Part shown: positions 26,087-40,079 of the stretch, piece after piece
Layout of the letters: each line of letters starts with the position of its first letter
Position numbering within the stretch: position 1 is the first letter of the stretch
NCBI RefSeq assembly: GCF_001194135.2
Contig: NC_068989.1
Span: forward strand, 43,663,697 to 43,727,696
DNA: 64,000 nucleotides
Direction: 5' to 3'
DNA from: Octopus bimaculoides
Taxonomy: Eukaryota
The notes under the pieces: model-generated
What the model was told of the DNA's origin: nothing
Seen by the model: the letters and a program-made list of their open reading frames with translations, nothing else
Database searches by the model: none
Program-made: the position numbers and the translations under genes

Positions 26087-26123
<37 letters not shown>

Positions 26124-27199
26124 TTCTCTTCCTCCTTCTCCTCCTCTTCTTCATTACTATTGGCGTTGTCATCATCGTTATTCTTTTAATTGTCACTTTC
26201 CTATCCCTCTCTGCCTGGGTCAGCTGAAACTTGTTGAGGCAGAATTTCTAGCGCCAAATGCTTTTCCTGTAGCCAGCTCACTTGTTTCTAAGTAAGGTTA
26301 CATTTTTCCCTTGTCATTCTAAAATGAACACAACAATGACCTGACATGCTTCCAGAAAAGATCCCAAATGAATGACTGCTTATGTGATGATGATATTTGT
26401 TTACAATCAGCATGCAATATCAAAACAAGGAGATACAAACCCACAAACCAGCAAGCACGCACGCATGCATACACACACACACATACACAAAGGTTTTTTT
26501 CAGTTTCCTGTCTACTAACTTCACAGATATCAAAACACAGTTGGTTGTACAATGCATTACCTGATGAGGTTGAACCTAAGACCACAACCATACAGGTGCA
26601 AAGTGAACCACATAGCTATGTCTGTGGTTTGTGCTGCATATTTCATGTGCATCAAGTTAAGCCTGTAGATCTACTTGCCTAACTGACAATAGGTTCTACT
26701 TTCACTTTATGGCTGAATGGTTAGCAGCTGGAATGACAGCCAGCTGTAAATCCTCTTCAATAATATGTGTATATTGAGATTTTCCTGCATGAAATAGTCA
26801 AGGTGCTTGATTTCCAATGGAGAGGTGATAAGAATGAAAACAAGCCTAAAGATATATCACTCTCAATGAATCAAGCTGTAAACAATATTTCACAATCGGA
26901 TGATTGATGTAGATTAGAAAAAGCAAATGATCATCAAACAAGCGCATCTGTTAAACAAAGGTATCTAATCATGAAACAGAGTCAGCCAACCATGACACAG
27001 AGGTATCTGACCATCAAATGGAGGAATTGTAAGTCTGACAAACAAAAGGCATTTGACTTGAAACATTCAAGAAAGAACCTGAGAATTGTAGAACTGTCCA
27101 ACCCATGACACAATACTAATAAGCTATAGAAACCAGAACGGAAATCCCGGGAATGGAAATTCAATCTGTGTTCGGACAATTATACAAGGAGACAAAGGA

Positions 27200-27361
27200 G
27201 ACACACATACACACGCATGCAGACACAAATGCACTCGCACACACACACACACACACACACATTACCTTCTAGGCTGCAACACCATACTGACAACCAACCT
27301 TGGATACATTGCTTCTCAACAACCACAATACAGAACGAATAGCAGCAACAACAACAACAAC

Positions 27362-27399
<38 letters not shown>

Positions 27400-27782
27400 T
27401 AACAATGATGATGATGACGATGATAAAACATGAGAAAAAAATCATAAAGCAGCCAGTGGAGCTTAAAAATAAACCATAAAAAAAACAATTAAGCCAAAAC
27501 ATAACAGCTCCTCATCCCACCACCACCACCACTACTTCTAATAATAATAATAATGATGATGATGATGATATAACAGGAGAATCTAAAATAAAAGTGTGGC
27601 ACTTAGTAGAAAGGTAGATTAGGTTTATTGTGATATCGGTAATAAAATAAATCAATAATATACTACTACTGCTCTATGAGATCACATCTTTTGGTGAATG
27701 GGGAGAGAATAGGGAGAGCAATGGAGAGGGTCACAGACAGAGGAAGAGAGAATGAGAGATGGAGGAAGAGAGGAGAGAGAGT

Positions 27783-27815
<33 letters not shown>

Positions 27816-28095
27816 TTAGGGGAGCATGAGAGGTAGAAAGAAAGACAGACAGAAAGAGCAAAGGGAACAAGAGGGAGAAAGAATGAAAAGGATGGTTGAA
27901 GAGAGGAAAGTATGCAACAGAGATAGAGAGGGAACTTGAGAATAAATCTGAAAGGATACGGAGAAAATAATGAAGGACAAGAGATATCGGAGGGGAGAGA
28001 GAGAGATAGAGAGAGAAGAAAAGAGAGAGAGAGAGAGAGAGAGAAGAAAAGAAAGAGAGAGAGAGAGAGAGAGAAAGAGAAGCATGAGAGAAATA
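27200..28095. repeat. Compound microsatellite block (CA, CAA, TAA, TGA, CCA) followed by a purine-rich (GA)n tract of about 400 bp
   Basis: Read directly from the sequence. Confidence 0.9.
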
Positions 28096-28227
28096 AAAGC
28101 TATTTAATAAACATATATAAAATACTGCTATAATAATTAGTGTAAAACCATATTAAACATTAAGTTATAATAGTTTTGTATAATAATTTGATAATGATAA
28201 TAATGATGATAATAATAATAATAATAA

Positions 28228-28583
28228 TGAAAACCTTTACAGTACCTGTTATCACAGGGGCACTTGAGGTAATAAAGGAAAGAATAGAGAGATTCACAGA
28301 CATGATACCAGAAAAACCATGCTTAAAAGAAATACAAAAAGTAATCCTAATGGGCACTACACATTAAATGAAAAGTGCTATCACCTTAAATTTCATAGTT
28401 CTATAGAAATTTTTATTGAGCACTCATGTGTACACTTCTTTTGTTTTTAATTTATCCAGTCCTAGCACTTTTCAACATCATACAATTATGAGATTTTATT
28501 AAGAACATCGATATACGTTACCTACCTCAGGTGCCTAGGTGGTGCCTGGTGGCCTGTGTAGAGATACCCAGAAATTTTTTTTC
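28228..28583 (+). mobile_element. 5'-truncated R4/Dong-like (restriction-like endonuclease) LINE 3' end, flanked by (TAA)n
   Basis: KTFTVPVITGALEVIKE...PEKPCLKEIQKVILMGTTH matches the RLE C-terminal motif PV..GALG...IQK..L.GT.H. Confidence 0.75.
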
Positions 28584-28589
28584 ATAATA

Positions 28590-29610
28590 ATAATAATAAC
28601 AATGGTTTCAAATTTTGCCAGAAGGGCAGCAATTTTGGTGGGGAGGGGATAAGTCGATTACATTGATCCCAGTGTTCAACTGGTACTTATTTTTATCGAT
28701 TCTGAAAGGATGAAAGGCAAAGTCGACCTCGGCAGAATTTGAACTTGGAATGTAATGACAGACAAAATACCACTAAGCATTTCGCCCATCATGCTAACAA
28801 TTCTGCCGACTTGAATAATAATAATAATCCTTTCCACTATAAGTACAAGGCCTGAAATTTTGTGGGAGGGAGAAAGTCAATTACATTGACCCCAGTGCTT
28901 AACTAGTACTTTTTCATTGACCCTAAAAAGAGTAAAGGCTAAGTTGACCTTGGTGGAATTTGAATCCAGAAATATAAAAGATGGATGAAATGCCACACAG
29001 CATTTTGTCACGTGAGCTAACAGTTTTGCCAGCTTACTACCTTTATCATAATAATAATAATAATGATAATAATAATAATAATAATAATTCTACTATAGCC
29101 ACAAGGCCTTGATTTCCTATTTCTTTTTCTTTTTTTTTGTTGGTCGATTACATCAACTCCAATGCTTAACTGGTACTTAAATAATAATAATAATAATAAT
29201 AACCCTTTCTACTATAAGCACAAGGCCTGAAATTTGAGGGAGAGGACTAGTTGACTACATCAACCCCAGTGTTTCACTGGTACTTAATTTATCGATCCTG
29301 AAAAGGTGAAAGGTAAAGTCGACCTCAGCAGAATTTGAACTCAGAACATAAAGACGGACGAAATACTGCTAAGCAGTTCACCCAGCTTGCTAATGATCCT
29401 GCCAGCTCGCTGCCTTGATGATGATGATGATGATGATGATGATCCTTTCTACTATTGGCACAAGGCTTGAAATTTTGTGGGGGAGGGTGGGGGGATGCTA
29501 GTCAGTTACATCAACCCAGCATGCAATTGGTACTTATTTTATCAACTCTGAAAGGATAAAAGGCAAAGTCAACCTAGGCAGAATTTGAACCCAGAATGCA
29601 AAGCCAGAAT
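28590..29610 (-). mobile_element. Tandem stack of four or more tRNA-headed SINEs (family B) separated by (TAA)n/(TGA)n
   Basis: Repeated ...ctgccagctcgctgcc / tttgaactcagaac / aaaggatgaaaggcaaagtcgacc / cctttctacta...cacaaggcctgaaattt units, all in the same orientation. Confidence 0.85.
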
Positions 29611-31194
29611 ATAATAACGACACTGATGATGATGATCCTGCTACTGTATGCTATTCACATTGTGAGACACACACAACAACAAAGTTGACTTTTTTTTTTC
29701 TTTTGTTGCTGCGTGTGGCAGATTAGATGAGCTGCAACACGAGATGAAATACAGCAAAAATCCATCCAACCCCTGCCAACATAGCAAAAACAGACATAAA
29801 ATTTTGACAATGATGACGACAATGATGTATTGACTCTGGAAGAATGAAAGAGAAAAGTCAATTCATGTAAGATTTGAAGTCAGAAATTAGACAAAAAGCA
29901 AAAACAACATAAAATGAAATAATCCAAGTATTGTATTTAATCCATTGTTCTACTATTTCTGACACACCATAACCACCTTATTAATATTGATTTCAAACAT
30001 AAACACAAAGCAACAAAATTTTAGTTTCAGAGAGGGTAGACTTACTTAAACCTATTCTGTCACTACTTAAGTGGTGCTTAATTTATTAACCCCAGCAGGA
30101 TTTAAGCTCAGAATATAAAGGCATGTAATTAAGGGAGTGCAAGGTGCAGGGTATTTGGTTTGATGGTCTTCTAGTCTGTCTGCCACCCTTGTCAATCTTC
30201 TTAATTATAACATTAATAATTGCATCTTTACCAAGTACAAAGCCATTAACAGGCGTGGGGGGGGGGGAGGATATACAATAAATTCTTAATCCGCATCAAC
30301 CTCTGATAATAAACAATGTCACAACAAATTATATCACACCGAGTTGACACTAGATTAAACTTTATACAAAGCATGAAACAGTAATTGAAAAGAAACAAAA
30401 ACAAAAAAAACTCCCCTAGCATTGCTGGATGTGAAAAAGACTATTGAAGCTGTGTACAGGTTTGTTTTATCCTCAGATACACTACCAATGGCATAGGCCA
30501 AATACATCAAGCATTGCTAGATACGGCACTGATGAATTCTCATTCAATTATTCCCGAAGACCAAAACAGAATGTAGTGTTTTATTTTATCTCCTATTCTT
30601 TTATCAAGTTCGACTGTATATGATAACAATGATGTTTAATTGCTCCACATCTAGGATCATCTGTGTCTAGTGGGGGTGGGAGTCTATGTCTGTTGAAATA
30701 GAATCTGACCACCACTAGTCACACCAACACACAGGGGTCTATATTATTTATTAATAGCAAGCTACAGCATATATAGATTAGCAGTAGACTCCAAGACCCA
30801 TAGGGCCCATGGACAACTGCCTAGTGTGTCCATGCATTAAGATGGCACTGCCCATGTGAACTAGTGAGATAAACAGAGTCAATGTCTTGACTAATCTGCT
30901 TCATCAACTGAGTTGTGAAGGTGGTCATGCCTTACACAAAATACAAGCTGCATGCAAAATAGTTGAGTGGATTAATAGTTCATAGGTCTGGAGTTCAAAC
31001 TTGCAGCAGGCAGTTTGAGTATCTCAGTGCTGAGCACTTTACTCTACACAGCCTCCATTCACCTGAGCTGTCTAAAGTAGGTATCAGGGTCTGAGTCAAG
31101 ACAAGGGTTATTTAACAGGCACTTAATGCCATAAGACCTGAACAAAGCAATGGCCTTGGGCTTATGAGCTACTTATATTTACAAGAATATATCT

Positions 31195-31290
31195 CTGGCA
31201 CAAATGTTGACTTACAAAGGTTCAAGAGGAACATTAATAGCATCGATCTTGCTAGTCTAAGAGGGTCTGCAAAGGCCTTGGACACTGTCC
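31195..31290 (+). mobile_element. CR1-group LINE 3' terminus fragment; second copy at about 41938-42015
   Basis: VDLQRFKRNINSIDL. The two segments share ttacaaaggttcaagaggaacattaatagcatcg / ttataaaggtccaagaggaacatcaatggcatcg. Confidence 0.5.
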
Positions 31291-33520
31291 TTTCCTCCAT
31301 ATCCAGCAAGTAGAAAAAAGGTTTAACCTTTTGAATGCAGAAAGCAGATATATTTGCTCAAAATTTTATTACCATTAGCTGAAGAGAAGTGTTACGCCAC
31401 AGCTTTGCAAAAAAAACTCTTCTAATACTGCAATAAATGGAGACACCCCCAATGACATGACACTTTTTACAAAAAACAATATCTTAGATTTTCCTAATTT
31501 TTTTTGCATATTTCATTAAATATATTTTTTACAGAGTGAGAATCAAATACTTTTGGTAGCGTATATGAAAACTATACCTACATGAGAAATTGAGAAAGTA
31601 TTGCAGAAACAGAAAATATCGATTCTATATTTTTCTTGGTGGACAAGTAACATTAATACAAATAAATGAACATGAAATTTAATTACACAAAGTGAAATAA
31701 CTACATCAAGGGTCCCAGATAACTAACATCTTACTTTATGGTGCTTATAGTCTCCACAATAAATAATTCAATAACCATTATAACATAAAGAGGTTTCTTC
31801 ATTTTTAATGACAAGTAAGGATGACTAGAGATAAAAATCTTAATCTTCTTCTGATCCTTTAAAATGTCAAGAGATGCTGTGTTTTAATTTCTACACTCCT
31901 TGATTTAATGTTACATCAGTGGTGGATGTTACATGCTAACATCCAGTAAACAAACTGTCAAAGCATTAGGATCAACATTATTGTTGGCAGACAATGTCAG
32001 TGGACGTCTGAGCTAACTAGGTTTTCATTCATACATGCTTTCAAAACTAGTGCCATAGTCTTGTGAATAGCAAATCAGAGTTTATTTCAGAATTGATTGA
32101 TTCATTGATTGACTGATTGATTCCCATATCTCAGAATTCACAATATAAAGTACAGCAATAAATAAATAAACCAAAACAATTTTTTTAGCTTTCTAAAAAT
32201 ATCTTAAACAAATATGTTAATGGCTGTTTTGAAAACAAGCAGTAAACTGGCCAACAGCCAAATAGAACTGAAGCAAGAAGAGCGAAAAGAATTCTGTCCT
32301 AAATCATATTATCTGAAACACCTTCAGGCAACCCCACTGAAGTTAAAGATAAAGGTGGATTGATCAAACGCTAATGCCAATGATTTTGGCACAATAATAT
32401 TTTCAAGACTAATAGTTAACTAAAAAGGAGAATATCTTCAGTAACTCTGTGACTGAATGATTAAATGGTTGGAAGCCAAGAATAGCATATAAACACATTT
32501 TTATATCTATTAAACACAGGTGAGATATTCAACCAATGATCTGCATGAAGAACTTACATTGATAAATGAAAACAAACTTTTCATTATAGAAGGTTTGTAA
32601 TCAAGTGATGTTTGTTTCTCTCAAGTCAAATGACCTGTCTAACCCTTCAGCTAGCTTATTTTACATATAGACATAACAGAAAACGTTTCTTTTTTTCTAT
32701 ATGACATCAGTTAATAAGTAATCATATGTAGCCAGTTTGTCTTTGCTTGTCAGTGCCTAGCCATGCTCAATAAAAACAAGCTTTTCTCCCCATCTTGAAA
32801 GGGAAAGCAATTACTGACAGGACACGAAAGAACATGGCTATTGATAAGAATCCAGACAGATGTGAATGAATTATTTCTTGGTACTGAAGACAAANNNNNN
32901 NNNNNNNNNNNNNNNNNNNNNNNNNNNNNNNNNNNNNNNNNNNNNNNNNNNNNNNNNNNNNNNNNNNNNNNNNNNNNNNNNNNNNNNNNNNNNNNNNNNN
33001 NNNNNNNNNNNNNNNNNNNNNNNNNNNNNNNNNNNNNNNNNNNNNNNNNNNNNNNNNNNNNNNNNNNNNNNNNNNNNNNNNNNNNNNNNNNNNNNNNNNN
33101 NNNNNNNNNNNNNNNTTTTTTTTTTTTTTTTTTTTTTTTGACCAATGAATGTGTACAGTACTCTGCTGGTGAACTAAATTTCAATGAATTTAGGTCTTGC
33201 AATCTTTTGACTTTGCTGAATTAAACTTAACTTTTTGGAAAACTCATTTTTAGTTTTTAGTTAAACTTAGTACTTATTCTATTGGTCTCTTGTGCTAAAT
33301 TACTAAGTTATGGCATGGGGATGTAAACAAACCAAAACCGATTATCAAGCAGTGGTGGGAAGCAAACACAAAAACACAAACACATAAATCACCAAAACTA
33401 CCTTTTGGTTGGCCACACTACCTTCTGTACTTGCGTGCTAAAAGGTAGTACACTTGTGGTTCCATAACTGAAGTTCGATCTTGATTGCTCCAGTTTCCTT
33501 TCTTGTGTTACAGAGTGAAC

Positions 33521-34470
33521 ACGGCCACTCTGCTGGAAGTGTGCACCAAGGAAGAACAGAGATCAGTAATCCAATTACTCTAGTTTGAAGGTATGTCAGA
33601 GGCTGAAATTCATTGCAGGCTTTCAATGCGATATGGGGACAGTGCTTTGCCATGTAGAAGTGTGTATGAGTGGATCAAGAAGTTTAAAAATTGTTGGACA
33701 AGTGTGAAACATGAAGAGGGTGCAGAATGCCCATGCTTGAAAGATGAGTGACCATCGATGAGGTGGAAGGTTCTCTGCAAATTAGTCATGGTTCTGCATA
33801 TGAAATCATCCATGTCTGTGCATGATAGGTGTCGAGAGAGCTTACCAAACTGCATAAGTGTAATCATGTGGAGATCTGTCAATGCTTACTCAACCACTAC
33901 AATGGTGAAGACAAAGCTTTTCTTTGGAGAGAATAGTCACAGGAGATGAAACCTGAATCCATCACTTTGAGCCAGAATCCAAAAAGCAAAATATGAAGTG
34001 GGAACACAGAATTTCCAGTGAGAAAGAAATTCATGACTCAACCTTCCGAAGAGCAAGTGATGCTAACCATTTTTGGGGGATGCAAAGGACCTATACTGAA
34101 GCATTACCTGGAAAAGGGGTTCTACAATGTAGGCTAAAGTGAGATGCAGATCAACAAACTGAAACCAGCAATTCACACCAAATGCCAAGGTCTATTGTCA
34201 AAGCAAGTGTTATCGTTGCATGACAATGCACACCCACATACGACTGTTCACACTGTTGAGTTTTGAGTTACTGGACCACCTTGCATACAGTCCAGATCCA
34301 GCCCTTCCAACTATCACCTCTATGGATTGCTCAAACATCTTTTACAAGCTTGTTGATTTGCTATGGATGAATAAGTTCAGGAAGCAGTGCAAAAATGGCA
34401 ACCTTCTTCTCCGATGGAATAAGCAAGCTTGTGGACCAGTGGAAGGAATGTACATGTACATGGAATAGGA
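33521..34470 (+). pseudogene. Mariner transposase pseudogene
   Basis: ATLLEVCTKEEQRSVIQ, SVYEWIKKFKN, RIVTGDET*IHHFEPESKKQ, VLSLHDNAHPHT and DHLAYSPD. Multiple stops and frameshifts. Confidence 0.88.
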
Positions 34471-36207
34471 ACTATTTTTTTGAACAACGAAAGACACAAA
34501 TGGAAAACAAGACAAACAACACAAAAAAACACAAAAAAAACTGACCCATCATATATATATAGATACACAGACACACATACACATTTATATANNNNNNNNN
34601 NNNNNNNNNNNNNNNNNNNNNNNNNNNNNNNNNNNNNNNNNNNNNNNNNNNNNNNNNNNNNNNNNNNNNNNNNNNNNNNNNNNNNNNNNNNTATATATAT
34701 ATATATATGAATGTGTGTGTGTGCATATATATATATATATATATGTATACACACACACACACATGCACACACAACAGGCTTCTTTCAGTTTCCATCAACC
34801 AAATTCACTCACAAAGCTTTCATCAGCTCAGGGCTATAATAGAAGACTCTTGCTCAAAGTGTTAAGTAGTTGGACCAAACCCAGAACCATGTAATCAGGA
34901 AGCAAGCTTCTTATCAGACAGTTAAACCTGTGGAGGTAAGGGCAATGCCCATGACTTGTGGGAGGTAAATATCCTCAAACCAGAGACCTGGCTCAAATGT
35001 TTGTTGCAGAGTGGAATCTGTTGAAGGTACCCATGGAGCCATGAGGTGGTGTTGTTAAACCTGGTGAGGGTTAAAGTGTCTATGACAATCCAAGAAGTCC
35101 ATGGTGGGATTTGAACTCAGAACACAGAATGCTGGACCAATTACTACTATGACATTCTAACAACTCGCCAGTTCTGCCATCCTAGACTGGTAGTTGATTT
35201 ATCAGCCCTAGAAGGATAGCAGGCAAAGTTGACCTCAGTAGGATTTCAACTCAGAATGCAACTCAGAATGTAAGTACCACAAGGTATTTCTTCTGCTGTT
35301 CTATTCACTCTGCCAATTTGTTGCTCTAAGAGAGGTCCTTAGTGGAACTTAAATATAGCAAGGTATTTTATTTATCATCAACATTCCAGTCATCTTTAGA
35401 CAGCCATACAGATAGTTTCTATGTCAGTTCCTTCCATTTTCAGGCAATCACAGAGTAACAAATTGATTTTATTTTGTAAGTGAACTTATTCATAAAAGCC
35501 CTCTATTCAATGGGGCTTCATGAAAAAGCCCAGCAATGAAGCCACATATTTTAGAAATATACTCATCACATGTATGGAGATTAATGTGGGAAAGTGATTA
35601 GTTAATAGTTCGTATGTCAAAACAGGAAACAGCTACAAGGAGTGAGCTCTTGAAAAGCACTTTTATAGCAAAAGGTCAAAAATGTTCTGTTCTGTATTGA
35701 TTTATGGGAAAGATAATAAATAGATGCAGGCATGGCTGTGTAGATAAAGAGTTCGCTTTACAACCACACTGTTTCAAGTTCTATCTCATCGAATGGCACG
35801 CTGGGTAAGAGTCTTCTTATCTAACCTGAGGCTGTGAAGCTTGTAAGTGGAACTGATGGATAAAAAGAGTATATATGTAGATGTGTGTGTGTGTGCATGA
35901 ACCCGTATGATTGCTTACATTCTGTGTCCTAACATGCAAAGCAAAGAGCAAAAACAACAAAAAAATAAAAAACAAAGCAGTGATATCAGTTGACATTCCT
36001 TGTTGAAAAAGATCATCTCAGACTTTTACACTTTCAAAGACAAGTGGAATTAAAAAAATATCCATTACTTCAAACGCAGACAAGAGTTATTCAGAAAAGG
36101 CATCTGGCTATAAAACAATGCCTCCATACATATTTGTCCAACCCATGCTAGCACGGAAAAATGGGTACAGAAATGAATGAAGTACTGCTGATACCATTTT
36201 ATCTCTA

Positions 36208-36258
<51 letters not shown>

Positions 36259-36699
36259 TAATGGTGTCAAACCCACCAAGATATCTGATTGGGTAGCTGA
36301 GGATGGGATGTTTTCTGATTAAGAGGTGTGTGTTTCATAAGAATCTCAGCCACCAAATTCTTTGGTAATACTAATTGTAGTGATTTCATTGTTTCTTTTC
36401 GGGAAGAAGGTTGGAGGTGGGGTGCATGTTAGAGTTTTGTGAAGGAACCACTTATGGTAGTTAAAAGTTTTTATATGTGAGAGTAGTTTAGTTTGGGACC
36501 TTGTGAAATTTAATAGCAGAAGTGAGGCATCGTTGCCATCATCAGTTTAATGTACTCTTTTCCATGCTTGCATGGGTTAGAAAGAATTTATTGAGTAAAC
36601 TGCCAAAAAAATTATGCCTGACACATGCAAGCATGGAAAAGTGAACATTAAAATTATTATCATCATCATCATTATTATTAATATTATAATTATTATTAT

Positions 36700-37905
36700 T
36701 ATTAAAGTGGCAAGCTGACAGAAATGTTAGCACACTGGGAGAAATGCTTAGCGGCGTTTTGTTCATCCTTACATTGTGAGTTCAAATTCTGCCAAAGTCA
36801 ACTTCGCCTGTCATCCTTTCGGAGGTCAATGAAATAAGTACCAGCTACATATTGGGGTTGATGTATTTGACTATCCCCTCCCACAAATTTTCAAGCCTTG
36901 TGCCTATAGTAGAAAGGATTATCATTTTTATTATTATTATTATTTGGGTGGCGAACTAGCAGAATTGTTACTGCGCTGGATAAAATGCTTAGTAGCATTT
37001 CTTTCAACGTTACATTCTGAGTTCAAATGTCACAAAGGTAGTCATTGCCTTTTATCCTTTTGGGGTCGATAAAATAAGTACCAGTTGAGTACTGGGTTCG
37101 ATGTAATCAACTATTCTCTCCAACTGAATTTCAGGCCCCATGCCAATTGTAGAAAGGCTTATTATTATTATTATTATTATGATGGTTGGCAGAGTTGGTA
37201 GAATATTGCTTTAGCTTCTTTACATTTTAAGTCTAGATCTTGTCAAGATCAACATGCCTTTGGATCAACAACATAAAGTCCGAGTCAAGTAATTGGGTTG
37301 ATTTACTGGACTTGCTCCTCCATACCAGTTTTAAGTTTTCTGCTTTTATTAGAAACAAAGATAGGCAGAATAACTAGAGCATCAGGAAAAAATACTTTTA
37401 AGGTATTTTTTCTGGCTCTTTAATGTTCAGAGCTCAAATTCATCTGACGTTAATTTTGCCTTTTTGTTTTTAATCCCTTTGGGGGTAGGGGGTCAGTAAA
37501 ATAAAGCACTAGCGAAGTACTAGAGTTGATGCAACTGACTAACCTTTTGCCCAACTTCCCCTTTCATCCTTTAGGGACTGACAAAATTAAAAACCAGACA
37601 AATACTAAGGTTGATAATATTGACTTACTTCGTCTCCCAAATTTCAGTCCCTGTACCAATACTAGAAACATTATAATTATTATTATTATTATTATTATTA
37701 TTATAAAAGCAGCAAACTGGCAGAATTGTTAGCATGCCAGACAAAATGCTTTGTCTTTAAGTTCTGAGTCCAAATTCCACCGAGGTTGACTTTGCCTTTC
37801 ATACTTTCAGAGTCAATAAAATAAGTACCAGTTGAGCACTAGGGTCAATGTAATCAACTTACCACCTCTCCCAAAATTGCTGACCTTGTGTCAAAATTTG
37901 AAACA
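36700..37905 (+). mobile_element. Cluster of family B SINEs with (ATT)n tails
   Basis: Repeated heads gcaagctgacagaaatgttagc / gcgaactagcagaattgtta / gcaaactggcagaattgttagc and core gcctttcatcctttcggggtcgataaaataagtaccag. Confidence 0.85.
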
Positions 37906-37930
37906 TTATTATTATTATTATTATTATTAT

Positions 37931-38515
37931 TGTTCAGTAGTTTTATTTTTGTAACGTGCTTTCACTTCACTACCGAGCGCAGCTCTGTGCGCCTTGGGTA
38001 TGTGCTGTGGTGCTCTTATGTTTACTGTATTGAAAGTGTTTTGCGTAGAATGTGTGCAGTACCCAGTAGTGCAATTTTCTGTATNNNNNNNNNNNNNNNN
38101 NNNNNNNNNNNNNNNNNNNNNNNNNNNNNNNNNNNNNNNNNNNNNNNNNNNNTTCTGTATGTTATATATATTTGTAAGTCCTGGTGTTTTTGTTATGTAT
38201 TTGCCTGAATATTTTTTTTATTATACCTAAGGCACCTACTATGATAGGAATTGTTTCTGTTTTTAGATTCCACATTCGAGTTATCTCTATTTCCAGGTCT
38301 TTGTATTTTGAAAGTTTTTCCATTTCTTTTAGAGAAACGTTGTCATCTGCTGGTATTGATACATCAATTAGAAAGCATTTTTTTTCTTCATGATCTTTGA
38401 CAACTATATCTGGTCTATTTGCCTTAATTTCTCTATCTGTGTGTATTGGCATATCCCAGAGTATGGTTGCTTTCTCGTTTTCTGTGACCTTTTCTGGCGT
38501 GTGTTTATACCATCT
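37931..38515 (-). mobile_element. 5'-truncated R4/Dong-like LINE (RLE domain, 3' UTR, (AAT)n tail), interrupted by an N gap
   Basis: WYKHTPEKVTENEKATILWDMPIHTDREIKANRPDIVV...LIDVSIP...EKLSKYKDL...GALGIIK...IQKIALLGTAHILRKTLSIQ*, a PD-(D/E)xK RLE signature. Confidence 0.9.
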
Positions 38516-38557
38516 TTATTATTAATATTATTATTATTATTATTATTACCACTATTA

Positions 38558-38769
38558 TTAAGGCAGCAAGTTGGCAGAATTGATAGCAAATAAGACAAAA
38601 TGTTTAGTAGCATATCATGTGTCTTTATGTTCTGAGTTCAAATCCCGCTGGGGTCAACTTTGCCTTTCATCCTTTTGGGGTTGATAAAATAAATACCAGG
38701 CAAGCACTGGGGTCGATGTAATCGACTAACCCCCTCCCCCAAAATTGCTGGCCTTGTGCCAATGGTAGA

Positions 38770-38775
<6 letters not shown>
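38558..38775 (+). mobile_element. Full-length family B SINE with long (ATT)n tail
   Basis: aaggcagcaagttggcagaat...ttctgagttcaaatccc...gccttgtgccaatggtagaaag followed by (att)n. Confidence 0.85.
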
Positions 38776-38833
<58 letters not shown>

Positions 38834-40033
38834 GCAGTGTCTTTTATGGTTACAGTTCACAAAATAAATATGAATTACAAAAATTTAAGAACTGGTAGTT
38901 TGAGAATAGTTTAAGAATTATTATTATAAATTGATAAAGAAAATTTAAAAAGATATGTATATATAAAAAAAAGGATGCCAACATCTTAGAATTTTACTGT
39001 TTAATTTTGATCTAATTATAAACATTTAGTGCCCAATAAATTACGATGTGACTATAGAAATATGGTATTTTTGATATTTATGGTCTTTGAAAGCTAAATT
39101 TCCTACACAGATTCAAATAATTCAACTGAATAAAACCATTTTCTCTCTTTTCCTACTCTCTCTTACCTCTCATACAATATCACAATGATAAAAATATAAA
39201 AAAGCAACAAAAACAAAAAAAAAGCTAGCAAGAGTATTTCCACATCTAAAAATATTTCCCTTAATGGTTATCAATAATAGACTTGATAATCTTAATAGAA
39301 AAGCTTGTTTTTGGAGAATAATACTGTTTTGGTTTTGTCTGTTAGTATGTCTTGTACTTTTCATTGTCTTTCATTTTTAATCTTTTTCTTTTTTTTTTNN
39401 NNNNNNNNTTTTTTTTTTTTGTCTTCAAGACTTTCAGAATGCACTGCCACTACTGGGCTGCTGAAAGCACCAAGTCACACATTCTATCAAATTGTGCCAG
39501 AGCGTTTAGTTCATTTGAGATCTGTCTGATGTAATGTCTATATATGAATGAGCAGTGTGTAATGCTTTGTGTTATGTGTGTTCACATGTATTCATGAGTG
39601 TGTGTATTCGTTTGTAATCTGTGTGAAAGCAGTAGAAAATGAAAATAAGAGAGAGAGAGGGGGGAGATAAGGATAAAAGAAAGAGAGGGGGGATAAAGAT
39701 AAAAGAGAGAGAGGAAGAGGAAAGATAACAAGAGAAGAAATACCATTAAAATGGTAACTAAGCCATCCAGGTGGTACCTTCAGAGGGCAGTGCAGAAGTT
39801 CTGAATCTGTAGAGATCTTTTAAAATTGATTTGGTTCATCATAAATTCTCAGAGGGTGTGTATGTGCATCTCTATAGGGGTTTAGGTGTGTGTGTGTGAG
39901 CATGCTTGTGTGTGTGCGTGTGAGTGAGTGTGTGTGTGTGACAGAGGGTGGGGGAGAAATGGAAAAATGTGTAGTGTGATAGAAATAGAAATAAATACTT
40001 AAGTTGAACAGTTGGTCTGTATTTTTAAAGGAG

Positions 40034-40079
<46 letters not shown>

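Noticed and set aside
38077-38160. TTCTGTAT repeated on both sides of the N gap, resembling a TSD
   Set aside because: More likely a contig-end overlap inside the LINE, since the LINE reading continues across the gap.
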